NCBI GenBank assembly: GCA_051362555.1
Contig: CM120640.1
Span: forward strand, 47,470,788 to 47,534,787
Length of the DNA: 64,000 nucleotides
Direction: 5' to 3'
From: Lingula anatina
Taxonomy: Eukaryota > Animalia > Brachiopoda
Shown: positions 28,299-38,856 of the stretch, in pieces
How the letters are laid out: every line of letters begins with the position of its first letter
How positions within the stretch are numbered: position 1 is the stretch's first letter
Notes under the pieces: generated by a model
Seen by the model: the letters and a program-made list of their open reading frames with translations, nothing else
Databases searched by the model: none
What the model was told of the DNA's origin: nothing
Program-made: the position numbers and the translations under genes

Positions 28299-30162
28299 CA
28301 GGGTACTGGAGTTTGAGACAAATCTCTGAAAGTAATCAGTGACATTTAGATTGACCAGGGTCTCACATTTTTTTTTTACCTGAAGTCTAAATAGTGATCA
28401 AAAAGGCCCTTCAGCACAGATAAATGAAGATTGAACTAATTGGTGGTTAGAAGTTTTCAAAGTGCTCAGTTTATTTGTCTGAAGACCTGGAAGATTCCAG
28501 AGTTTTCTATATTAATTGGTATTTTAAATGACCATGTATGTATGTGGTGTGTAGTTTTCACATACCCAAAATGTGTGTATTCTTTTGTATTGCTTTGCAT
28601 GCTACTGTACTTGTATTCAGTGCTTAAACTTAAACTTCAATTTTGATATTGCTAGCTCTATCAGACATCCTTTAAAAGGGTAGAAGTCGGGATCTTATTC
28701 CCTTTTCATATTAGGACAGAGTGCTCTTATGGTCATTTATCAGCACATTCTGCTTGTTAAATTCACCAAGAGATTACTGGTCTGGTTATAAAGACCTTTC
28801 TGTGTAACCTTCAGGAGTTGTGACATAAAATGTAAAGGTTGGATGCAAGGAGAGTACTACAGTTTGATAAGATCTAACCATGATCATTCCACTGTTAAAT
28901 GTAGTAATAACCAGTAGGAAGCATAGTAGCTGTAGTATGTTCAGGACCTGTCTTATATATTGAACAAAATTTCCAGAATTGAGAGTATGAAATCACAAAG
29001 GCATGTCTTTTTAAAAGAACTGTAGCAGAGCCTGATAATTATGTATAAAGAAATATGTTGATCATGGTCCATTTTCAATTGAAATTGCTCATTTTAATAG
29101 AAATAATCAAAATTAGATATTTATTAACAAATTTGCAATAATCCAAGTATTTATATGGTATTCACCAATGTCTGTGTTGCTATTGATTGCACTATAACCT
29201 TGCAGCTGAAGTTATTTGTGACATATTAGCAGTAATATGCAGTAGATCTGCACTAGTATTTATGATATTATGGAGTTTTGCATTTTAGCTTTTTTAATCA
29301 TTTACTGGCTGCTGAGACATTTATTGTGTTGTGAGAGGCATTAATCTCATATTTTGACCAAGTCCTCCTTGTCTTAAATAGTTCATTTTAAGCTGCATTT
29401 TCATATTGTGGTATAAATTTCATTTTGCTATGCAAAACATTCCATCCAGGACTTATATATTTACATTCCAGTTCAGTATATCAAAATAACGACTAATTAT
29501 AAATGTTTATGGCTTGTATATTATAACCATTTCTTATTCGCCTTTTTATCACTTAATTAGCAGTTATGTATGCACTATATATAGCTGATGATATTGTTAT
29601 ACTCCAGTCTTTTAGGTGAAATTTGCTTGCTTACTTGATTCACTCACCAGAAATGTAACATTATGATTGTACCATTTTCTGTGCTCCATGAGGCATCATT
29701 TTAGTTACATTTTTTGTCGTTTTGTTTTATACAGGGCCCATTGTTTTGTATTATTTTACCGTCCACTTAAATGCCTTGCATACAAGGAGAAATGAGATGT
29801 TAATGAAAGGGTAATTAAGGTTGTGGCCAATATGCTGAGAATTCTTTTTGTTATGAGATTGTTTATATCATGTAGACAAATTAAAGCCAGTTTTTTTAGG
29901 ATACGTATTGGCATCGGATCTATTGATAATTTTTTTTTATTTTAGAGAACTTGGCTGAATTTTGGAAAGTAATTGAGATTATTTGCATTATTCATGTGAA
30001 GATATATTATTTACAAATTTATTGCACTGCATTTCCGTCCTGGCACATTCTTACAGTTTGGAAACATTTCATATGTTACCAACCCATCACAATTGTGCAT
30101 ATATCTTGCAAGTTCTGTCCATTTTTATACATATTATTTAGGAGGTATTGTTTTCAATGCTC

Positions 30163-30168
30163 AATAAA
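30163..30168 (+). terminator. Candidate polyadenylation signal for ADGRV1 (3'UTR about 1.9 kb)
   Basis: AATAAA followed about 20 nt later by a GT/T-rich stretch (GGTCTTGTTT), just before a transposon-derived block. Confidence 0.45.
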
Positions 30169-30407
30169 ATTATTGGAATATCAACTGTAATGGTCTTGTT
30201 TAATGCATTTTCCACTCCACCATGTTCTCCAGAACTTTTTCACCAGTTACACTCCAGAGTTTCAGTTATCATTCAGTACTTGCAAGCTTTTCCAGCAAAA
30301 CTTTCACATCTATTTTGATGCTAGTTATTAAGACACCAAAAAATGTCCAACAGGTTTTAGCTTTTCCAAAAAAAAAATTACAGCTGATGACTGCAAACAT
30401 AAACAAA

Positions 30408-32286
30408 AACAAGGCAGCAAAGCTGTCAAATGTACAGACAAAGAACAGAAAATAAAGATGCAAATAAGTGAAAAATTACATTTTCACAAAAAACTGTTAA
30501 ATTGCCAGAAAAATTTACCAAACAGACTGCGTTGCCTATTGAAGCTGTATGTTAGACCCATGTTTCTTTCCTGTAAGTTTGAGAACAGTAAGTGACATGA
30601 TTTCCCTTAAATGGTCATCATAGGAGCAGTGCCCAAAATAGGGGTTTCTTCAAATTTTGATGCAAAATTACATAATGTTTAACAGCATAATGACAATCAA
30701 CTGTTATTAATAAAATATTAGTAACATGGACATTCAGAAAATGTGACAAGCAAAAGTCTTCAAGATCATGGAACTTTAAAGTCACACCTTGAAAATGCCA
30801 ATATGTGAAAAATTAAATTTTCACAAAAAACTGTTTAACTGCCAAAATAAATAAATAAATAAATAAAAATACCAAACAGACTGCATTGCCTACTGAAGCT
30901 GTATTTTAGTCCCATGTTTCTTTCCTGTAAGTTTGAGAACAGTAAGTGACATGATTTTCCTTAAATGGTCATCATGGAAGCAGTGCCCAAAATAGGGGTT
31001 TCTTCAAATTTTGATGCAATATTACATAATGTTTAACAGCTTAATGACCATCAATTTTTAATTATAAAATATTTGTTTCACAGATATTCAGAAAATGTGA
31101 CTAGCAAAGGTCTTCAGGCCCATGGAACTTCAAAGTCACGCCTTGAAAATGCCAAAATGTAAACAAGACAGCACTGTTCTGAAATGGGTTTATTTCCATT
31201 TTTAACACTTTTTTAACATAAAACAAAATAAACATTTTACTGCTATTTTATATGACCAACTAAGAAAATTGATGAGATGGGAAAAGTATCAATAGAACAG
31301 TGTTAAATGTCCAATTTCCTCCATTCTGAGATTCTGAACATAGTGGATGATTGAATCTGACAAACTGCAATGATATGAGTTTATTTCCATTTTTGACACT
31401 TTATTACACAATACATGATAACAAGTTTACCATGTTTTTTACATAATCAACTAACAATGTTGTAAAGATGCAGGAAATATCAAACAAACACTTTTAGGCA
31501 TCTTATTAGTTAAATAATGAGACTGTTAACATGCCTAATAATTGAATCTGAGGAAATGTGAAAAACAGTATAACTTCTAAAATAATGGCCTGATTATGCT
31601 GATTTTCGAACTCAACCTGCGTTTTAGTAAGATTGACCACTTCTGTGAGTATGATTACAATTGGCCAATCCGTTTTTCTTATATTGTGTTATCAGTGTTG
31701 TATTTATATTGAAAATAGTGAAAAAACAGCATAAATTCCCTAAAATTGGCCCAATCATGCTGATTTTCGAACTTTACCTGCGTATTATGAATATTCATCA
31801 GTTCTGTAAGTTTCAAGTCAAAAGGTAAAATGGTTTTCCACTTATCGTGTTATCGGTGCTGCATATATGCTGAAAAAAGTGAAAAAACAGCATAAATTCC
31901 CTAAAAGTGACCCGATCATGCTGATTTTTGAACTTGACCTGCGTATTATGAATATTCATCAGTTCTGTAAGTTTCAAGGCAAAAGGTAAAATGGTTTTCC
32001 ACTTATCGTGTTATCGGTGCTGCATATATGCTGAAAAAAGTGAAAAAACAGCATAAATTCCCTATAAGTGACCCGATCATGCTGATTTTCGAACTTGACC
32101 TGCGTATTATGAATATTCATCAGTTCTGCAAGTTTCAAGTCAAAAGGTAAAATGGTTTTCCACTTATCGTGTTATCGGTAAAAGTGCACGGCGACGACGG
32201 CGACGACGGCGACGATGGGGACGACGGCGACGACAGACGCAGATGATGGCAATATGTACAGACACATCTGTGTCTGACCATAAAAA
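30408..32286 (-). mobile_element. Helentron-associated non-autonomous element (HINE/DINE-1-like) with internal satellite arrays
   Basis: On the minus strand: T-run, short inverted pair GTCAGACAC..GTGTCTGTAC, (GTC/GCC) microsatellite (32189-32240), four 161-bp units (starts about 31560, 31720, 31881, 32042), a pair about 340 bp apart (30468, 30806), TGTCTGTACAT repeated at the far end, terminal hairpin GACAGC-TTT-GCTGCC, then TTGTTTT. Confidence 0.75.
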
Positions 32287-33346
32287 TAAAAAATACTTCA
32301 TTCCATTTCATTCTGAAATGGCTTGCAGCAACATAGAACAAGGAATGTTAAAGAACCTTTAACAATATTTATTTTCCTTCAAGTTTCTAACAAGTGATAA
32401 CCAGTAAACGGGAAAACCAATTAAATTTTACCCAACTTAATTAGTTTATAAACTTGATACAAATATAATCATGATAAATCATTGTGCTTTATTTCAATAT
32501 ATCTTAACCTTTTCATCAATTGAAGCCTGACCCATATCAATGACACAAAATACTTTAAAACAACAATGACGCCATTATCCTTTATGACCAAGGTTATAAG
32601 TTTCATATCCCAACACAAGCCCATACCTATTGCATTCATTTAATTGCTTTGCAAAGTAAATTAAATGATTTGGTAAGAAAATATATCTGCTTTAAGCTTT
32701 GATGTTTAAACTCTTAAAGAGAATTGTTATTCTGTAAACTGAATAACTAAATTTTGTTCTAAGAATTCTACAAAGACCTCCGATGAAAACATAAAGCATA
32801 GAGGCCACAAATATGTGAAATAGTTTGATATTGTAAACTCAACTGCTGTAAAGACAATTAGGTAGCAAAAGGTAAGCTGAGACAAGGATCAGAAAAAAAA
32901 TGCTGTTTTTAGACAATTCTTCCTTACATAAATTGTAGCAGATTATATTTGCCATAAATGACAATGCAACTTTATTAAGCAATCATTGCAAAGACAAATT
33001 CATACTTTCTATCACATTAGAACAGGTATGCTGCCATAATCCTTTGCCACCAATTTTCCCAACAAAACCAGTATCAATAAGATATATAAACATATTCCAG
33101 TTCCAAGTTCATCATGATCATCTAAAACTTTTGTACTCTTAGAGCCATTGTTAAATACCACCTATGTATTGATATGAAAAAAAATTTAACATTTTGTGCA
33201 GCAATTTCATAAGTACCACATTCAAATTTGGGAACTAAAACTCATTCAGCAGTTCAAATGTAGCATTAATCCAAACAATTTAAGACAGATGCTGTCTTAT
33301 ATATTTCACTCTTGGGTCCAAGAGCTGCACACATCCAACATTTCCT

Positions 33347-36300
33347 CTACTGCTGGTGCTTTTTGTAGAGTGCAATAACATCCTCCACATCTTCTTTGGA
33401 ACCCAGAAAGATGGGAGCTCGCTGATGGATGGATTCAGGGACGATGTCAAGGATAGGCATGGTCCCAGTGGAAGCAAGTCCGCCTGCTTTCTCTATAATG
33501 TATGCCATAGGGTTGCATTCATACAGCAGGCGTAGCTGAGGAAAAATATACAAATTGCTGTTAGTTCAAGGATAAGGAACAACTTTTTAATATACATACA
33601 CACTAAAAGCATATGTGCACTTGGTGTTGGTGTGTACTGTACATGTATGCAGGTGGCTTTAAACATGCAATGTTATATTTTATACAGGCCGTGTTCAGAA
33701 TAGTACTTGCAGGATTGATTTATCTCAGCAGGGATTCTTGCTAAGGCACAATGTAATCAGTTTGTCTGGCATGCCCCCTCACAAACCAACATGAACAACA
33801 TCATGGATCACAAAATTTTCCTGACTGTACCCAACTATTTTAAGTTACTAGGGGACATGCCAGACAATTAAGTTGATTACATTGACTGCACCTTAGTAAG
33901 ATACCTCGCTGAGATAGCTCAATCCTGCTAGTACAATAGCTTCTATTCTGAACACAGCCTTAGTTTTATAACATTGATATTAAATTTAAATGGACTTCAA
34001 TGATGTGGTTATGCTCAAAATATACTAACTCAGTTACGTATATATGCACTGCAATAGCTCAAATCGTATTCTCACTAATGCTGCTTTTGCTGATAAAGAG
34101 TTACTACTGAAACTTCTTTACATCTTACATCCTAATCCTATACCAAGCCACCCTTTGAATAAAATACTTAGTGGGAATTCAAGCAGTATGTTCCTGCTAG
34201 AGACTATTAAACTGCAATGTATATACTTCAGATACAAACAAGACAAATCACTGCAAACAGAAGCACATACACAGTGCACAGTGTATTTACTGTAAAACTG
34301 TTGTCAACCCAGAATGTCATTCAAGAAAATGCAAAAGTAACACTATAGCCAGATCATGAAGCAAAGAAAGTAAAGATTTCATGCAATCCCCATTGAAAAG
34401 TCCTTATTGTCATGAAGCAAAAAGGGTAAAGACATAATGTGCAATCCCCATGGAAAAGTTCTTATTGTCAACTTAATAAGTGTATTGCATATACATGTAT
34501 CTCTATACTGGTAGTAACCCTTCTTTTTAATTAAAGCCTACGAAAGCATTTACATTTCTAAAGTAACAAAACAATTTAGTAAACAAGTGGCTGCTATAAA
34601 TCCATAGCTAAAGCTACCACATTGTTAGAGCTAAGCATGTGTAAACCTTACTTTTCCCTTAGGTGTCTCAGATGTAGCTGGGTACATGAAAATCCCTCCA
34701 TATAACAGTGTTCTATGCACATCAGCCACCATGGAACCTATATAGCGGGCACCATATGGTTTCCCAGTCTGATGAATGGTATATACAGTCATAAGCATTA
34801 GCTCAGTGGTTATTGTATATGCTTTGAAAGGGTTAAAACAACATACTCATGCATGAAATTTAAAAAAAGGTGGAAATGACCAGTGGTGTCCTTCATTGCT
34901 TGTTCCTGCGTGCTCACGGTGTTTTCAAAAATTAATTTGAGGCTTTTTTTCCAAAAGAAAAAAATTATAATGAAAATTTATAGTATATTACCTTTTTTGT
35001 ATCAAAATGATTATGGGCATCATGATGATAAGACCCCCCACATGAAATAACAAACAATCAATGGAAGTCACTGGTCAAGACAAAGGTAAATCATCATGCA
35101 TGCACATACGAAACCAACACTATAACAAAAAGGAACAATCATACAAAAAACAGCCACAGATTCAGCCAGTTGTCTCATCTGTACCTTCCCTTTCGGAGAT
35201 TCTGAGGTGGCAGGATACATGAAAATCCCCCCATACATAAGAGTCCTGTGAACATCTGCTACCATGGAGCCAATATATCTTGCTCCGTATGGTTTCCCAC
35301 TCTAAAATAATTTGTTATATTTCAATAAAGTTCTGTATGTGACAGAGGGGCACTGATAATCTGCGTGTGCTATCACTGAAATAAATAGACCACCCATATT
35401 CTGCTTCTGTATCTGTCAGCATTTACCTGAAACTACTATTAAAAATGCTGTTATAACATATTACATAGTTCAATTTTTTTATACAGTTCCACATGAAATG
35501 TAAAACCACAGTAAAACATACCTTGCAAAAATTTGTATCTACATATTTATGTTGCCTATGACAATACTAATCTTAATCACATTTTTAAAAACCCACATTT
35601 TAAATTAATCAAACAAATCATCAAAAAGACAAATATAAACAAATTAACATATTTTAATATAAATATAATATATTTAGATAGAATTAATTTTAAAAAACAT
35701 AAAAACAATACAAGATATTGAAGCTCTTTGGTTTCAGCACAAGAATTTGTGAAGGGTAACAGTACCTTTGGATATTTCTTGTTTTCTACATACTCCTTCA
35801 TGGCAGGATCCCAAAACTTGGCATAGCCTTCGTTGACTGAAAAGATTTTTCCTCTAGGCTTGATCTGAATATTACGCTGGGTCAGGATGAATTCTCCAAT
35901 GGCCTAAAAACCATACAAAAAGATTTAATGCTACCATTCCTAAGCACATCAGTAAAACTGCATCAAAAAACTACAATTAGAAACTATCTACCCTGCAAAA
36001 ATAATATTTTTGTTTGGGATCATTATATGCCACCTGGTTTGCTGGACAATGTTCATTTCTTTTTCATGCAAGCAACTTCATTCTTGGCAAATACTTGTCT
36101 GTCAACTTTAACGTCTGACAAATGGTTCCACTCACAGGGTCCAGCATGAAGGAATTGACCTCATCCCCTGTGGAGAGCACCACTGCAGTGGCACTGCCAT
36201 ACAATGCATAGCCTGCTGCTACAATGTTACGGCCAGACTGGAGGGCATCCTTGATGGTGGGTGGTCCCTCATGGTCCTAGAACAGTGTAAAATGTAACAA

Positions 36301-38453
36301 AAGGGTTTCAAAGATACTTTTTTTCCATTTATGTCAATGATTTGTTTCAATAAGAGCATTGTTGTTCGCAGAAATTCACTATATAGATGGTAACATTTTA
36401 AAGTACAAGTCCATAATTTGATGAGCAGTTCATTTTTTATATATTGATTTGACAGCAAACTTAACAGAGTAAAATCATTTTAGTCCAATATTTTTTATTA
36501 TTAAAGATTTTTTTTGCAAATTACAGCATAGAGCCTTACCTTTCTCAGAATGGCAAATATTGTTCCAATGGACACAAGACAATCAATATTGGACGAGCCA
36601 TCCAGTGGGTCAAAGCACACAATATACTTGCCCTGCAGTAAAACAAAAATTTAACTTCATCTAAGATACAGGCAAAATTCTTGTTAAGAATTTTTGTATA
36701 AAATTCCCTCACTTGGAATGGAAAAAAAATTAAAATGAAATTATCAGAAAAAAAGTTTACTTATTTTTGTAGTCATTATGCACATTTTTATTATATTAAT
36801 ATTCTTTTCAAAAAAAGAAAAAAAGAAAAAACTAACCTGCCGCTCTATCTCTACTTCAATGACGTTTTCGTTTTCCTCAGATACCAACAAGCAGGTGGTG
36901 AAGGAAGACTTGAGCATGTTAATAAACACCTCATTTGCAATCACATCCAGTTTTTTCACTTCCTCACCCTGGACATTGGTAGCCCCAGCAATACCAAACC
37001 TGTAACACAGCACATGTAAGTTACTGTTCAAGTAGGACTTGTGCATTGAATCAGAGCAATAGTCAAGTAAATATGTTCACCATATCTTCAACTCCATAGC
37101 ACTGCCTCCAGCAGTATGCACAAATGGTAAACCACAAATGGCAGAGCCATGTGATTTTTCCAGTGACCACGTCCTCTGAAACTCAGGCTGAATGGATAGC
37201 ATGCTATCCTCAGAAACAAAAAGCTAAGAAAAATATAATTAAATGTACCCACTTCACTTACAAAGATGCCATCCCTGCCCTACGAACAGCAGACGAAACT
37301 GCTTTTACCGCAGTCAGAAGTCCATTGAGTAACTGTGTAAGATCCCCTGTAGCTTCAGGATGCTTCTTTTGTTCTTGTAATACAAATCTCGTCAGTGTCA
37401 TACAGTCCGTATCAATCCCATGGGTATTTTTGGAACTCATTTTAAGACTTAGTTCAGGCCTTACCCAGTCTGGCAATGAACACTATTAGTAAAACAACAC
37501 TCACACTCTTCTACACAGTACAAGTGCAGTGTAGTTATTTGCCTCTGCAATGTTAAGGGCAAATCAAGGTTACAGAATACTGCACCTTCAGCATACTGGT
37601 ATATACTGTACTACATACTAGTATGCTCTACCTATACTAGGGATACCTTAACACTTACATGTACCTGTGCTGGGGGTGTGTCCAAAATTATACAGATGAC
37701 TGTATGCAATACACATGTTCAGTATGTAAATCTTTGTAAATGTACTAAATACTCTACATATTTCCAATTATCTCATGTTGAAAAAAAATAAGCTCGAAAC
37801 CCGTAAAAACACCCAAATGACAGACATAACAGCTGGTTCAGCAACATACTGCAAGATTTAACATTCATCCAATGCCCCTTGCCAGCTGCAGGTCTATATA
37901 TAATTCCAAAATATCCTAAATAAACTGCTACATGTATCATTCAGAAATACTTCTTATTGTATTTCATTCAAGAGCCCATCATGTAATCTAATATATAACA
38001 TTTCTCTTTTGATAATAATTCTTTTTTCTGGTTATACAATTTTTAAATGAATTTTTATTATGCTATAAAAAAATTAATACAATTTGTCACTAAATAGCCA
38101 CCGGTAATAAAGTAATGTTTTTTTTTTCTTCTTTTTTTTTCAAACTTTCCAAAATGAACACTAAAATAAAATTAACTTTCTTATAATGTTAAATAATCAA
38201 TTTTCAACAAAACAATTATTGTACGTTTCCTTCAGACCATTTTTTATTTATTTATAACTGGGACCACTTACAGCTGAGCAATCCCTGCCTTTCTCACAGC
38301 AGAGGACACTGCCTTGATGGCAGTCAGCATTGCGCTCAGCAGCTGAGTCAAGTCACCCGAAGCTTTGGGGAACTTTCTCTGTTCTGCCAGCACATAGCGA
38401 GTGAGAGTCAGGCAGTCTGTGTCAATCCCGTGTGCGTTCTTTGAGCTAGACAT
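33347..38453 (-). CDS. FBP1: Fructose-1,6-bisphosphatase class I, with two duplicated exon pairs
   Basis: Exons (minus): 1a 38272-38453 or 1b 37262-37440; 36837-36999; 36540-36632; 36136-36276; 35766-35903; 6a 35185-35301 or 6b 34652-34768; 33347-33535. Motifs: [64 protein letters not shown]. Internal exon sizes 163/93/141/138 match the vertebrate FBP structure as recalled. The symbol denotes the family; likely co-orthologue of FBP1/FBP2. Confidence 0.97.
33686..33960. mobile_element. Degenerate foldback MITE (possibly Harbinger-type) in the last FBP intron
   Basis: AGGCCGTGTTCAGAATAG..GTACTTGCAGGATTGA..TATCTCAGC..TGTCTGGCATGCCCCCT pairs with GGGGACATGCCAGACA..GCTGAGATAGCTCAATCCTGCTAGTAC..CTATTCTGAACACAGCCT. 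TSD not clear. Confidence 0.7.
34652..34768 (-). CDS. FBP1: FBPase exon 6, copy b (117 bp; not in the ORF track)
   Basis: TTCATCAG|[39 protein letters not shown]|GTAAGG, phase 0-0. Confidence 0.92.
35185..35301 (-). CDS. FBP1: FBPase exon 6, copy a (117 bp)
   Basis: TTTTAG|[39 protein letters not shown]|GTACAG, phase 0-0. Confidence 0.92.
37262..37440 (-). CDS. FBP1: FBPase first coding exon, copy b
   Basis: [59 protein letters not shown](L). AAA-ATG context; phase-2 donor TT|GTAAGT; upstream TACTAAT (37485-37491) and TTCATTGCCAG acceptor (ends 37470). Confidence 0.93.
38272..38453 (-). CDS. FBP1: FBPase first coding exon, copy a
   Basis: [60 protein letters not shown](L). AAA-ATG context; phase-2 donor CT|GTAAGT; upstream TACTAAC (38506-38512) and TTTGTACGCAG acceptor (ends 38481). 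Confidence 0.93.
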
Positions 38454-38543
38454 TTTGAAAGGTTCCCTCAGTTGCTAATACTGCGTACAAATAGATATTT
38501 CCGAAGTTAGTACAGCCACATGCAAGAGTTAACCTAACCTCAC

Positions 38544-38856
38544 CGACAAATAAGCTATTTTTCAACCTTGACCTAATGACCTAGAATATTCAAGGTCATA
38601 ATCTTTAATCACGTGATACCATAACAAGCCACACCTCCAAATTCCAAGATCACTGCAGCTTACTGTTTTGAACATACATATCATGATGTTCATAAATGCT
38701 TTCTCTGTATATCACTTTTCGCTATAAATTATAGAGTAAATCTGAAAGTGTAAATTCAATTATGATGACTAGAAAAATAATATTTTGTTTTGACATTTCT
38801 GACTCTCGTAAATTCTCGTGAAATCACGAAAAACAAAAGATTTACGCAAAACGGTG
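38544..38856. promoter_or_regulatory. Shared bidirectional promoter region of FBP and FBXO33
   Basis: Divergent ATGs are 403 bp apart. Contains TGACCTaaTGACCT (38569-38582, DR2), TCAAGGTCA (38590-38598) and TCACGTGA E-box (38609-38616). Confidence 0.65.

Noticed and set aside
34354-34470. About 57-bp tandem duplication downstream of FBP exon 6b as a splicing selector
   Set aside because: No complementary docking sequence found by eye; looks like ordinary slippage, as do small duplications near 405-510 and 7090-7152.
37441-37476. N-terminal extension [12 protein letters not shown] on FBP exon 1b in the ORF track
   Set aside because: It starts at a TTG inside the putative splice acceptor. The ATG at 37440 aligns with the 1a start and has AAA context.
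34652-38453. Duplicated FBP exons as haplotype or assembly duplication
   Set aside because: Flanking introns show no visible similarity and synonymous sites are heavily diverged, unlike allelic copies.
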